Shown here in pieces: positions 36,450-50,669 of a stretch of 64,000 nucleotides of DNA. Numbering within the stretch: position 1 is the first letter of the stretch; each line of letters starts with the position of its first letter. The notes beneath the pieces were generated by a model. The model had not been told where the DNA came from. It was given only the letters and a program-made list of their open reading frames with translations, and ran no database searches. A program made the position numbers and the translations under genes. Location: the NCBI GenBank assembly GCA_039621445.1, contig CP154954.1, positions 23,324,954 to 23,388,953 on the forward strand. Reading direction: 5' to 3'. Origin of the DNA: Euglena gracilis. Lineage: Eukaryota.

Positions 36450-39400
36450 GAAAATTTTTTTTTCAGATCCGCCAATGTCGCGATCTGAAACGCGGAAATC
36501 GCGATCGGAATCATGATTACCATGATTTCCGTCGCATTTCCCGCGAAAATTTTTCAGATTCGCGAATGTCGCGATCTGAATCGCGGAAATCGCGATCGGA
36601 ATCATGATTACCATGATTTCCGTCGCATTTCCCGCGAAAATTTTTCAGATCCGCGAATGTCGCGATCTGAATCGCGGAAATCGCGATCGGAATCATGATT
36701 ACCATGATTTCCGTCGCATTTCCCGCGAAAATTTTTCAGATCCGCGAATGTCGCGATCTGAATCGCGGAAATCGCGATCGGAATCATGATTACCATGATT
36801 TCCGTCGCATTTCCCGCGAAAATTTTTCAGATTCGCGAATGTCGCGATCTGAATCGCGGAAATCGCGATCGGAATCATGATTACCATGATTTCCGTCGCA
36901 TTTCCCGCGAAAATTTTTCAGATTCGCGAATGTCGCGATCTGAATCGCGGAAATCGCGATCGGAATCATGATTACCATGATTTCCGTCGCATTTCCCACG
37001 AAAATTTTTCAGATTCGCGAATGTCGCGATCTGAATCGCGGAAATCGCGATCGGAATCATGATTACCATGATTCCCGTCGCATTTCCTGCGAAAATTTTT
37101 CAGATTCGCGAATGCCGCGATCTGAATCGCCGAAATCGCGATCGGAATCATGATTACCATGATTTCCGTCGCATTTCTCGCGAAAATTTTTCAGATTCGC
37201 GAATGTCGCGATCTGAATCGCGGAAATCGCGATCGGAATCATGATTACCATGATTTCCGTCGCATTTCCCGCGAAAATTTTTCAGATCCGCGAATGTCGC
37301 GATCTGAATCGCGGAAATCGCGATCGGAATCATGATTACCATGATTTCCGTCGCATTTCCCGCGAAAATTTTTCAGATTCGCGAATGTCGCGATCTGAAT
37401 CGCGGAAATCGCGATCGGAATCATGATTACCATGATTTCCGTCGCATTTCCCGCGAAAATTTTTCAGATTCGCGAATGTCGCGATCTGAATCGCGGAAAT
37501 CGCGATCGGAATCATGATTACCATGATTTCCGTCGCATTTCCCACGAAAATTTTTCAGATTCGCGAATGTCGCGATCTGAATCGCGGAAATCGCGATCGG
37601 AATCATGATTACCATGATTTCCGTCGCATTTCCCGCGAAAATTTTTCAGATTCGCGAATGTCGCGATCTGAATCGCGGAAATCGCGATCGGAATCATGAT
37701 TACCATGATTTCCGTCGCATTTCTCGCGAAAATTTTTCAGATTCGCGAATGTCGCGATCTGAATCGCGGAAATCGCGATCGGAATCATGATTACCATGAT
37801 TTCCGTCGCATTTCCCGCGAAAATTTTTCAGATCCGCGAATGTCGCGATCTGAATCGCGGAAATCGCGATCGGAATCATGATTACCATGATTTCCGTCGC
37901 ATTTCCCGCGAAAATTTTTCAGATTCGCGAATGTCGCGATCTGAATCGCGGAAATCGCGATCGGAATCATGATTACCATGATTTCCGTCGCATTTCCCGC
38001 GAAAATTTTTCAGATTCGCGAATGTCGCGATCTGAATCGCGGAAATCGCGATCGGAATCATGATTACCATGATTTCCGTCGCATTTCCCGCGAAAATTTT
38101 TCAGATCCGCGAATGTCGCGATCTGAATCGCGGAAATCGCGATCGGAATCATGATTACCATGATTTCCGTCGCATTTCCCGCGAAAATTTTTCAGATCCG
38201 CGAATGTCGCGATCTGAATCGCGGAAATCGCGATCGGAATCATGATTACCATGATTTCCGTCGCATTTCCCGCGAAAATTTTTCAGATCCGCGAATGTCG
38301 CGATCTGAATCGCGGAAATCGCGATCGGAATCATGATTACCATGATTTCCGTCGCATTTCCCGCGAAAATTTTTCAGATCCGCGAATGTCGCGATCTGAA
38401 TCGCGGAAATCGCGATCGGAATCATGATTACCATGATTTCCGTCGCATTTCCCGCGAAAATTTTTCAGATTCGCGAATGTCGCGATCTGAATCGCGGAAA
38501 TCGCGATCGGAATCATGATTACCATGATTTCCGTCGCATTTCCCGCGAAAATTTTTCAGATGTCTCGATCTGAATCGCGGAAATCGCGATCGGAATCATG
38601 ATTACCATGATTTCCGTCGCATTTCCCGCGAAAATTTTTCAGATTCGCGAATGTCGCGATCTGAATCGCGGAAATCGCGATCGGAATCATGATTACCATG
38701 ATTTCCGTCGCATTTCCCGCGAAAATTTTTCAGATTCGCGAATGTCGCGATCTGAATCGCGGAAATCGCGATCGGAATCATGATTACCATGATTTCCGTC
38801 GCATTTCCCGCGAAAATTTTTCAGATTTCGGAATGTCGCGATCTGAATCGCGGAAATCGCGATCGGAATCATGATTACCATGATTTCCGTCGCATTTCCC
38901 GCGAAAATTTTTCAGATTCGCGAATGTCGCGATCTGAATCGCGGAAATCGCGATCGGAATCATGATTACCATGATTTCCGTCGCATTTCCCGCGAAAATT
39001 TTTCAGATTCGCGAATGTCGCGATCTGAATCGCGGAAATCGCGATCGGAATCATGATTACCATGATTTCCGTCGCATTTCCCGCGAAAATTTTTCAGATC
39101 CGCGAATGTCGCGATCTGAATCGCGGAAATCGCGATCGGAATCATGATTACCATGATTTCCGTCGCATTTCCGCGAAAATTTTTCAGATTCGCGAATGCC
39201 GCGATCTGAATCGCGAAATCGCGATCGGAATCATGATTACCATGATTTCCGTTGCATTTCCCGCGAAAATTTTTCAGATTCGCGAATGCCGCGATCTGAA
39301 TCGCCGAAATCGCGATCGGAATCATGATTACCATGATTTCCGTCGCATTTCCCGCGAAAATTTTTCAGATTCGCGAATGTCGCGATCTGAATCGCGGAAA

Positions 39401-40469
39401 TCGCGATCGGAATCATGATTACCATGATTTCCGTCGCATTTCCCGCGAAAATTTTTCAGATTCGCGAATGTCGCGATCTGAATCGCGGAAATCGCGATCG
39501 GAATCATGATTACCATGATTTCCGTCGCATTTCCCGCGAAAATTTTTCAGATCCGCGAATGTCGCGATCTGAATCGCGGAAATCGCGATCGGAATCATGA
39601 TTACCATGATTTCCGTCGCATTTCCCGCGAAAATTTTTCAGATCCGCGAATGTCGCGATCTGAATCGCGGAAATCGCGATCGGAATCATGATTACCATGA
39701 TTTCCGTCGCATTTCCCGCGAAAATTTTTCAGATTCGCGAATGTCGCGATCTGAATCGCGGAAATCGCGATCGGAATCATGATTACCATGATTTCCGTCG
39801 CATTTCCCGCGAAATTTTTCAGATTCGCGAATGTCGCGATCTGAATCGCGGAAATCGCGATCGGAATCATGATTACCATGATTTCCGTCGCATTTCCCGC
39901 GAAAATTTTTCAGATCCGCGAATGTCGCGATCTGAATCGCGGAAATCGCGATCGGAATCATGATTACCATGATTTCCGTCGCATTTCCCGCGAAAATTTT
40001 TCAGATCCGCGAATGTCGCGATCTGAATCGCGGAAATCGCGATCGGAATCATGATTACCATGATTTCCGTCGCATTTCCCGCGAAAATTTTTCAGATTCG
40101 CGAATGTCGCGATCTGAATCGCGGAAATCGCGATCGGAATCATGATTACCATGATTTCCGTCGCATTTCCCGCGAAAATTTTTCAGATCCGCGAATGTCG
40201 CGATCTGAATCGCGGAAATCGCGATCGGAATCATGATTACCATGATTTCCGTCGCATTTCCCGCGAAAATTTTTCAGATCCGCGAATGTCGCGATCTGAA
40301 TCGCGGAAATCGCGATCGGAATCATGATTACCATGATTTCCGTCGCATTTCCCGCGAAAATTTTTCAGATCCGCGAATGTCGCGATCTGAATCGCGGAAA
40401 TCGCGATCGGAATCATGATTACCATGATTTCCGTCGCATTTCCCGCGAAAATTTTTCAGATTCGCGAAT
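36450..40469. repeat. 91-bp satellite array, ~44 highly homogeneous copies
   Basis: Unit TCATGATTACCATGATTTCCGTCGCATTTCCCGCGAAAATTTTTCAGAT(T/C)CGCGAATGTCGCGATCTGAATCGCGGAAATCGCGATCGGAA; ORF-track starts recur every 91 bp. Confidence 0.98.
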
Positions 40470-40987
40470 TGTCCGCGGAACCCGTCTTCGGGGTCCCCGG
40501 CGTAGGATCGATTTTCAATATTTCCGTGGCCGTCAGCCACTCCTGGGTGCGTCGGCAGGTTTTCCCCCGATCCCCCCCGGGGACTGTCCCCCCCCCGCAA
40601 CCCGGAGGGCTCCAGTTCCCGTGGTCTCGGCACACGCCCCACCCTGCCCGGCCCCCTCGAGGGGAACCGGACACACCGAATGCAGGGGGTGGGTGGGCTC
40701 AGGTCCACCCCCCGGAGTGTTTTGGGCTGTTGCTAAGAACGGGGTAAAACCTGGAATTTCCCTGACCTCGGCCCGTGGACTCCCTACTTGCTTTTCCCCT
40801 CCCTGATTCCCCGCTGTGTGCATGCTTGTGCGCGGCAAACCACACCAAACGTTCTTCTTGAACAGCACAGCACACAAATGTCAATTGATGATTTGGGATG
40901 TACAAGTGTGAATTGTTTGCGTAGGTTGAAGATGGGCAGATGGGAAAATGAAAGAATACGGACGAGGAAGACCCTGCAGAGGGGACA
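40470..40987 (-). mobile_element. Probable 3' LTR of C (inner boundary tentative)
   Basis: TGTCC...GGACA inverted termini; near-identical to 55431-55947. Homology continues beyond this point, so the LTR may be much longer. Confidence 0.55.
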
Positions 40988-43900
40988 ACGTGTTTTTTAA
41001 ATTCTGTATTCTGCCCCCCCCCCCCGAACTTCGGCTCCGAATGAGCCTGAATCAGGGGGGCAAATAATCCATTCTGACCCCCCCTCCCGATTTCGGCTCT
41101 AAACAGCCAAAAATCAGGTTGGGGATTGGAACCATTCTGTTTTCTGAGAGGGGCTCCCCCCCCCAGTTCTGGGCTTTTGTCACCGAACTGGCTGGGGTGT
41201 TTATGTTTTGGGCTGAAATATTCTGGGTAAATATTTCTCTCTCAGCCCCCCCCCCCCGTTGAGGGCTGACCCAGCCCGAAATGGTCGAGAGGAGGATTAC
41301 TTTTCATGCCAACCGACTGTGGAAAATCCTTAAAATTTCTTCTCGAAATTCTGGCTCTTCTCCCTGTCTGAAAACAGGAGAAAAAACCCCGGGGAGAAAC
41401 TCTGAATTTAATTAATTTTTGATGTGAAGAATCTGAAAATTCTGCACAAACAAACCATAAAAAAGCCTGAAAAAAACTGGGAAAAGAAACTGAGAAAACA
41501 AACTGTCACACTGCCACATCCACAGTCATTCTCATCCTGATTGATTAAATTCCTGCCCCCCCCCCCCAGGGTTTTCGGTTCCGAACAACCGTAAACCTGG
41601 TGGAGGTAAAAATGCACCAGCCACAGCCCAAATCTGTGGTTCTGGGTATTATTGCTGCCCCCCCCCCAGCCTGCCATTATCTGACCCTGGTTCGGGGAGG
41701 AAGAGAGACAAAAAGAGCTGCCCCCCCCCCAGCCCAGAAATTGGCTTCCTTTCGGCCTGATTTCTGCTGGGAGAGATAAAAATGCTGCCCCCCCCCCCCC
41801 AGTCCAGAAATTGGCATTCTTTCAGCCATATTTCGGCTGGGAGAGGTAAAAATGCTGCCCCCCCCCCAGTCCAGAAATTGGCATTCTTTCAGCCATATTT
41901 CGGCTGGGAGAGGTAAAAATGCTGCCCCCCTCCCAGCCCAGGGCCTTTGGTTCTGCAAAACCAAAAACCTGGTGGAGGTCCATAATAAACTGCCCAGGCT
42001 GTAACCACTTAAAATTATTCCGGTGCTACTGAACGCCTGAACCTGGAGGTCAGCAACCCGGGTCACAGAGTGGATGAAACAACCCAAACGACTCCAAATC
42101 TGCTGGGTGAACCGTAAAAAGAATCCATTAAAACATCCTCACCTGGCCCATCTGAACATGCCAGATGACTGTAAATGACATCGGCCATTGGCTCCATGAC
42201 GACCCGGGTCAGTCATCTGGAAACTCAACTGGCTGGGCCGAAAAAAAGCTGTATTTTCTGCTGCTCAGCCTGCCCCCCCCCCCCTCGACCTGTCATCGGC
42301 CAGCTCAGGTCAGGGGGGAAAATTTGTCCAGCCGGATCCCCGACCTGCCTTTGGCTCGGCCATCGGTCAGCCCAGGTTAGGAGAAAAAGTATTAAAAAGT
42401 CTGCCCAGCCTGACCCCCCCCCGACCTGTCATCGGCTCAGGTCAGGGGGAAAAGAACATGGGAAATTCTGCCCAAGCCCCCCCCCCCCTCCCCCGCCGAC
42501 CTGCCTTTGGCCCTCGGCCAGCCCAGGTCAGGGGGAAAGGAGTTTTATAAAAGTCTGCCCAATCAGACCCCCCCCCGACCTGCCATCAGCCAGCTCAGGT
42601 CAGGGGGAAAAGAGTATAAAAAAGTCCCAGCCTGACCCCCCCCGACCTGCCTTCGGCCTGGCCAACCCAGGTCGGGGGGAAAAGATTTTTAACATGAAAG
42701 GTCTGACCGGCTGCCCCCCCCCCCAGCCCAGAATTCGGCCTACTTCCAGCCGCATTTCTGCTGGGGAGGGATTGACATTCCTCCCCCCCCCCGACCTGAC
42801 CACCAGCCCAGGTTTCAGGAGGAGGGGGGAAAAAATAACCATTATTCCTGTCCCCCCAAAAAGCCAGATTATCGGTCCACAGCCGTAAATCTGTGGTGGG
42901 GGAATTTAATGTTGTTCCCCCCCCCCCCGAATTCGGCCAGCCAGCCAAACTTCAGGGTTGGGAAAATATAATTGGTCTGTCACCCCTGGATTCGGCACGA
43001 AACAGCCTGAATTCAGGGTTTTATACATCCCCCCCCCCCAGGTGTTGGCCGACAGCCTGAACCTGGTGGGGAAAGAAACCAAAAGTCTCCGACATAAAAT
43101 ACTCCTTCACTGCCTCCCGGCAGCCTCCCCCCCCCCCCCCCCCCACCCCCCCCCAGCCTCCCCAAAATCCAGCCTTGATAAAAAACCCCCACCCCCCCGA
43201 GCCCCCCACAGCCAATTTTTTACCCCCCCCCCCCCCCCCCCCTCACCTGTCATGAGCCCCCCCCCCCCCGCATACCCCCCAGCCCCCCCCCCCCGTCCCG
43301 AACACATCCAGCCAGGGGGGAAATACCCCCTGCCCCCCCCCCCCCCGACCCCGTGCTGCCCCAGGCTGGCTCCCCCCTCCCTGCCCGAGGCTGAGCTGAA
43401 CTCTTCCTGAAAAACCCAATCTGGGATGGATTGTTGCCATTACCACCCCAGAAAGGTTTTGGATCGCTGGCAAAATTCAGCCCTCCTGGCTGTCCACCCT
43501 TCCACGGGCTGGTCCCCTGCCAGTATAATTGACACCTGGAAAAATCCCTCAAGCAAATTTTTCCAAATTCATGTATTCCCAAAAGCACATTTGGTGAGGG
43601 CAAATACCCTTCACCCCCCCTCATCACTTCTGAAATCATGCTCAGGATAGGCTCGAAACAGAAACCCCCCCCCCTCTGGCTCCACCCTCCCTTTCAGGGG
43701 AAAAATCCCAGGCAGACCCCCCCCCCGTTCTGGTCCCAACACTCCTTGGGGGTCCAGGGAGGAAAACCCCATCCCCCCCCCCCGTTCTGCGACCTCTTCC
43801 AGAATGGGGGGTCCTGGAATCCCCAAGGCTGGCTCCCCCCCTCCCTGCCCAGGCTGAACTCTTCAGGCCAGGGGAGAATAAAACATTCTGAAACCCAATC

Positions 43901-45639
43901 TGGAGTGGATTGTTGCCATTACCACGCCTCAGGGTTTTGGATCGGTCATCCCACTGGACTGCTCCTGAGATTCCTTGGTCCACCATTCGATCGGGCACAC
44001 TGCAAAATTCAGTATAATTCACCACCGTTTGGGTCCCAAAGATCTTGCAAATCTTGAAATTCTGTCCACTGGACTTCGGGTCCGGCAATTCCATGCCGAC
44101 ACCCCATTTGAAATTGACCTGCAAAAAACACAAAGCATTTTCCACCCCATCTCATGCAACCATTCTGTAAAATGCTCACATTTAGGGCGTGGAGGAGGCA
44201 GCCTAGCCCCCATGTGCTTGCAAGGGCGAGTTACTAAATAATCCACAGGTCTAAACCCTGTGGACGTACAAAAGCTCCCCTCAAAACCTCCCTTGTGCTT
44301 TCCAGGGTGAGTTTCTGAACAATCCACAGGTCCAACCCTGTGGACGTCCAAAACCTCCCCTCAAAACCTCCCTCAGGACTCCCAGCTACACTTAGGCCTT
44401 CAGGGGGTGTTTGTGAGGAAAGCTAGTCTAGAGGCCTTGAACCTCTAGACCCTGTGGCCCTCTGTCCAACCCACTGATCATCCACAGTCTCCTTTTGGCA
44501 AAATCCCAACCCTCATGGCTAGGGTCTATGGCTGAACCATATACCCTGAGTCCATTTCTGTTGTTTGTGTGTTGGACCCTTCCAATTGGGGGGGATTTGG
44601 TCCGCGCGTCCCAGGCTCCTTTCTTACCCAGTTGGGATCTCTTAATTTGGTGGGGGATGGCACCTGGAAAACTGCAATTCCACAGCCAGCCCCCCATATC
44701 ATTGGATGCGCCTTCCAAGCGCTATCCAATGATACCCATTTTAAGGCGTCACTCAGCCGTTTCCCAACTTTCACTTCCGGAGCCCACTAGGCCGGAGCGT
44801 GGCTGTCCAAACACCAACACCCCCTCCCTTGCGACCCTAGTCGGACACGCTCAAATCCCACCCTTACCCTTACCCACCCCCAATCCGATAGTTGGAGGAA
44901 AAAGGATTTGGCACCCAGCCATCATTATCCACACGATGGGGCCATTCTTTCCGCTCTCCATGGTTCATATGGCACCTCAAACACTCCTCACGTGTGATCC
45001 TCCGCCTCTTGGAATTTAAGTCACCACGTACGGGTGTGGAAATCCACTAGCCTGTGCAGTACATATTTGTGGGAGCGTAGTGACCCCTAGAGTTTAGGCC
45101 ATGAGGCTGGAACCCCGGATCCCCTCCCCCGCTGTCTATACCCCCCTGGGTTGGTTGGGGGTTTATGTATGCACCACGGTCTCTCCTCCCACTGAGACAT
45201 CTGCCATACAACGCTTCTTCTTTGTGGTCTGTGGCGCGCCAGAAAAGGTACTTTTCGGCATCCCCCTGAGGGGACAACGCTTCTTCTTGTGGTCTGTGGC
45301 GCCGCACTTCCCTGAATCAGTCTCCCCCCCCCCAGCCATGGCCAGAACTGTTCCTCGGCCCTGGGCCTCGGGGTCCATCCGCCTTTTGCTCCTCCTTCTG
45401 TTCTTCACTTGGTACATAAGGAGGTAAGGCTTACTTGGGTGTGCCCTCAATTCTGGTAATGGAGGACGATTTGACTGTGACAGGCCCTTGTCCTTGTCAC
45501 CGTTGGGAGACATACCAACCTGGAATGAAAAATAAACAACCCACACCCGGTTTCCTCGAGTCTGTCCTTTAATACTCCTCAGGGAAACCGTTTATCAGTG
45601 GTCTCTCCTCGTTCCAAACGAGGAGATACATATCCTCTC

Positions 45640-46344
45640 TCAAACTTCTCCACGTTTGTTCTCGTACACGCACCCCCCGAACTCCAACGAGTTCAATATG
45701 TGCTGGGTACATATAAGCAGCCAATATCCCCATCTCCAATGGTACTGCCACCTATCCCTTTCCTCCCTTGGCACCCAATCCGGGATAGTTGGAGGAAAAA
45801 GGATTGGCACCCAGCCATCAGGATCCACACGATGGGGCCATTCTTCCGCTCTCCATGGTTCATATTGCACCTCAAACACTCTCACGTGGATCCTCCGCCT
45901 CTTGGATTTCAGGCACCACGTACTGGTGTGTGAAATCCTCCCTCCCAGTAAGGCCCTGTTAAACATTCTTGTGGGAGCGTATTGACCCCTAGAGTTTGAG
46001 GCCATGAGGCTGGAACCCCGGACCCCTCCCCCGCGGTCGATACCCCCCCTGGGTTGGTCCCTGGTGTATGGGTCAGGTGTATGCCACCACGGACATCTAT
46101 CCTCCCCATACATTGGGGCTGCCTGGCAATTTTCTCCTAGAAAAGGTGCTTCGGCATCCCCCGGGGAAAGTGAGAGGTCATCTCCCCTTCCGGGGTCCGA
46201 CTCGCTCTCACTTCCCTGATCAGTCTCCCCTCCCCCCCCCATGGGCAGAACTGTTCCTCGGCCATGGGCTCGTGGTCCACCACGGTGGCGTTGTTTTCCG
46301 GGTTCGTCTGGGACAAGGGAAGGGACAACATGACAACACAACAA
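45640..46344 (-). pseudogene. Accessory ORF remnant downstream of pol in C; Trp-rich, function unknown
   Basis: YEPWRAEEWPHRVDPDGWVPILFPPTIPDWVPREERDRWQYHWRWGYW; partly duplicated at ~44880-45370. Confidence 0.45.
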
Positions 46345-46415
46345 GGGAACGAGGGTCTAGGAAAACGTTCGGGAGTCCACCACCTGGAGAAATCCCAACT
46401 TGCCCGCCCCACACC

Positions 46416-47830
46416 TCACTCTGTGGTTGGAGTGGGGGAGAGATGTTTGGTCCAATCCAAACCCAGCCGTTTCTCCTTGCAATACTTTACTAAGTCAGCA
46501 TTGTACCGGGAGAAAAAGTTACCTGTGGGCTCCCACGTCACTTTATCTGACCCTTTCCATTTCGTCTTAAATTCCCAGGTGCCCTGGGGTGTCCTGTGGT
46601 GGCTCAGTATTTCTTCTGTGATCCATTCCTCCGGCCCCGCGTCCGGATCCCAGACCGTTCGCTTGTGATAATACAAGGGAAGGGGGTTACCTCCGAAAGT
46701 GTCATCCACGTAAACTTTTAATGATCGTCGTGGAGCCTTCAGCCGGTGCCCCGGCTTTATCTCCACGACATATGAGCTCTCCCCCTCCCTTGCGACCACC
46801 ACTCCCGGTCCTAGCCACTTGGAATCAAGCTTGTCACCTGCATTGGGGGGTCGCAGGTACCACACCTTTGCCCCAACCTGCAGGTCACTCAAGACATTCC
46901 TCCCCACATTGACTTGGGAGGACTGTTGAATGTGCAAATTGTTGAGCTGCTTTGCCACCACTTGATCAATTTCCTTCATCCTCTTGAAGAATGCATTTGC
47001 CACCTCACACTCAAAAGGAGGCTCCCTGGGAATCCCTCCCAAAGGTCTTTCCCTACCAAACAGAATTTGGTAGGGAGACAGGCCCCCCTCCCTCGGGGTG
47101 TCATGCAGCCTATCAAGAACCTGTGGGAGAGCTTCCACCCATGTAAGCCGCTCATCGATCGGAATCTTGCGGATTCTCTCGATGAGTTGCTGGCCCGCTC
47201 TCTCAGCCCTTCCATTGGTGTTATGAAAATACGCCAGAGAGAAAGCGTGCCTTATTCCCAGAAAAGCACACATTGATTGCCACCAACTGCTGATAAACTG
47301 CGCCCCCTGGTCCGTCGTTACTACAATCGGGACTCCAAAAGGTCGCCATTGGTGAGCAACCATCATTTTTGCCACCCTGCCCCCTGTAAGGCCCTGTTTC
47401 TTACATGGGACAGCCACAACCCACCCACTGTGCCTGTCTACGCACAAGACAATGGCATTATGGAGGGACCCTTCATGCTGAACAGGTGGCATGTCAAAAA
47501 TGTCCAGGGCAACCGAAATCATCGCCTGGGGTGGGATGGGAGTGGGTTCCAAAGGGCCTTCCAAGAATCGGGGTATTTGGCAGGCCTGGCAGGTCTCACA
47601 CTCACCCATCACCACCTTGGCGAACTTTTTCACCGATGCCTCGTCCGCCCACTTGTACCGTACGGACATGGCATCCCACAGCCGTGGGAATCCGGCATGC
47701 CATGGAAATCCCTGACCACTGCGTTATGGAGGCTCCATGGAACACACAGGAGACCATCCACACACATGAAACCATTCTCCACCCTCACACCCTTGGGCCA
47801 TGACATCCCTGGTGTTTGTGTTCGAGCATA
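46416..47830 (-). CDS. Integrase plus chromodomain of C (frameshift within the Zn finger)
   Basis: CETCQAC; VALDIF / TTDQGAQF / GRAERA DDE triad; WITEEILSHHRTPQGTWEFKTKWKGSDKVTWEP chromodomain. Confidence 0.93.
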
Positions 47831-48329
47831 AATGGGACCAAAACCCCAACTCCCTTCCCGTTTCCACCTGTGTAGGTTTTGTGGGGGGGTGAGGGGGTGT
47901 GGGAGAGAGGAGCGTTGCTTCCCACAGCGTTCCCGTAACTGACGGTCCACTCTCCCACCTGGGTAGACCCCTCCATCCCGTATTCCAAACATTTCCTCTT
48001 TGGATCCCCTTGTGTTGAATTGGGTGGTAGGACCTTTGTTCCATCCTCCTCCCCCACGAGGCATCCCTCACATCCACATGTCCGTCCCTCTCCTTCCTCC
48101 TCGGTAGACCAATGAATCCCATTGTCCTGTCCTCGGATCCTTGTGTTGCAGCTCCTCCTCCTACCTCCGAGCATCCTGTCCTCCTTGTCCTGGGTCCCCG
48201 TCCTTACCACTCCGATGGACCTCGAATCCGCATGCTGTGTGTTGTCCTCGTAACCCCACTGTCCTCCTTCTCCTCACAATTTGGCCATGACATCTTCCTT
48301 TCCTGGGGTCCGGGCGTATCACGGCACTC

Positions 48330-49958
48330 GCAGGATATGCCCACCGATATCCGCTATTGTGTTGTCCTTTCCAGGCACGTAACCCACTGTCAAATCATAT
48401 TTTGACAGGTTGGTGCCATCGCGCCCTCCGGCCTAGTGGTCCGCTTGGGGAATCCAGGACCCCCTTCGCCCAGAATTTCAGGCTCCGGTGATCCGTCAAC
48501 ACCAAGATGGGTTGGAGGCCAATCCAAGACTCCCATTTTTGAAGGGCCGCTATTATGGCCTATGTTTCCTGCTCTTCCGGCACCCAATTTCGTTGGCTGT
48601 CCGTGAGCTTCCTGCTCATGAACGCCACAGGGGATGTCTTTTTCGCCAAGACATCCTCCACTGTCGGTGCCCGATCCTCGTCTATGAGTTGCTCCAACGT
48701 AGCCCCTATTGCATATTGGCTTGCGTCAGCTCTCAAGACGAAAGGCTTGTCGGGGTTCACCCTTTGCAAGATGAGCTCCCCACAAAGCCTTGATTTGATT
48801 TCCTGAAATGCCTCCTCGTCCTCCTTATCCCACGTGATTCGTTTCTTGGATCCCTTTTTCCCCTCGCTGCGTGGAATTTTCAACTTGTCTTGGAGTCGCG
48901 ACACAACCCGTGCATACTCCTTGACATACGAACTGTAGTAGTTCGTAAAACCCAAAAATGCTCTAAGGGCCGTGATCGTCTGTGGCCTTTGCCATTTCTC
49001 AATGGCCCTGAGCTTGCCAGGTTCTGGTCTACGGGTCCCGTTCTCCAGAACATGGCCGCAAAATGCAACCCCCTTGACAAAAAACTTACACTTTCGGACA
49101 TCACAGATCAATTTGGCATCCTTGAGGACTTCTAGCACCCGTCTCAGGTCCCTGTCGTGGGCTGCTAGGAGATCCTCCCCCTCCTCCACCCGAGTTCCAA
49201 CCAAGATATCATCGATGAAGGGGTCAGCTACATCCCTCACCGATGATAATACGTCCTCCATCATCTGTTGGAACTGTTGACTGGCGTTTGTCAGACCCAT
49301 TAGATTTACCCTATACTGGAAAAGCCCCCAGTGGAGTGTAACAAGCTGTGATGGGTCGACTATCTGGGTGTAAGGGTTGCTGGTGGAAGGCCTGCCGCAA
49401 ATCCATGATGGAAAAAATTTGCCTTCCACCCTGTTTCACCAACAAATCTTCAATCACAGGTAGTGGATATGAGATCCTCCGAGTCTGGGAATTCGGACCT
49501 CTCATATCTACCACCCCTCGCCAGTCACCATCCTTTTTCGGAACAACAAAGGTATTGGACACCCCCTCAGGAATTCTTTCTATGTACCCCCGGTCCTGCC
49601 ATTCCCTTGTCACTTTGCAATGGGCCTCGAACTTCTCCCCGTGCAAGCGAAAAGGTTTGGCTCGGGTGGGTACGGCACCTTCCTTGAGGGGTATTGAAGC
49701 ATTCCCATATGGGCCTCTGACAGGTGGGTCCTTGAGCGGTTCCTTGTCAAAGACCACCCCGTCATAATCCCTCTGAATTTTTTCTCGCAGGTCAAGAATT
49801 CTGGGATCCACATTTTCCTCCTCACGTGCCTCAACAATGTTGCGTATGGCCTTGGAATTGCCCAGGTGCTGCAACGCCTTGGCAATACGCCTCCTCTCAG
49901 CCCGGGTGAGCTTTTCACCGTCACAATTGTGACCCTCAGGTGGTACTTGAAACTTCAC
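48330..49958 (-). pseudogene. Reverse transcriptase and RNase H of C (frameshifted)
   Basis: FVVPKKDGDWRGVVDMRGPN, DLRQAFHQ, MGLTNASQQFQ, PFIDDILV, LRADASQYAIGATL, AFMSRKL. Confidence 0.93.
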
Positions 49959-50129
49959 TTACCACAGGATTTCTTCAAACTCAGTGTCAAAACCCTGTGA
50001 AATGGGAGCTTGCATTGGGATTCCGGACCTTTGTGGTTCCTCCTCACGGATCACCCTCACACGTCTCCTTTGGTCCTTTCCACACCGTTTCCTCTTTTGT
50101 TTCCTCTCTCCTGTCCAACCGTACAGGAG

Positions 50130-50520
50130 AGCAAAATACGGTTCATCAATGGCCAAGGCTTTATGGTGGGGGAAAACGCCAATGTGATTCTGGGACATCC
50201 ATGGAAAAGACAGAATTGCATCCACCTCCATGGATGCTTCATAAAATTCCGTCTCACACGAGACCAGATTCGGCAGAAATTCCCCGTTGAACTTCTGTCG
50301 AAAGGTCACCCCCAATGTGACCTTCTTGTTTCCCCCATCCATTACTTGATTGTTAGCTGTCACCAATCTGATTGGCTGATCAGCATATTCCAAAAATCTG
50401 GACTCAAGCAAACCTGCCTTAATCAGGTTCACCTGGGCCCCGGTATCGATGAGGGCATTCAAAACCATGCCTTCACCATTTGGTAATCGTACAAACAGTC
50501 TCATGAGCAATTGTAAATCC
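50130..50520 (-). CDS. Retropepsin-type protease of C
   Basis: LNALIDTGAQVNLI (catalytic Asp codon ~50447); DAILSFPWM. Confidence 0.88.
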
Positions 50521-50669
50521 TCGCCTGTTTGCACAATTTTATTCAGCTTGAACTTCGACACCCGGTTCAAGCACCGATGTGGAATAAATTCAGTGGGCAA
50601 TTTCACTGGGGGTGAGGTCCTTTCACCCAGCCCCGAATAATTTTGCCCCTTGCGTAATGGGGGTGCACT

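Noticed and set aside
36450-40469. CRISPR array, or repeated 61/62-aa ORFs
   Set aside because: Units are contiguous and near-identical with no unique spacers and no cas genes; the ORFs are artefacts of the 91-bp period. The same applies to 61556-62922.
43100-43800. Distinct Pro-rich ORF or real divergence from the 59130-59700 copy
   Set aside because: Homopolymer-laden, garbled version of the other copy; probably sequencing or assembly noise.
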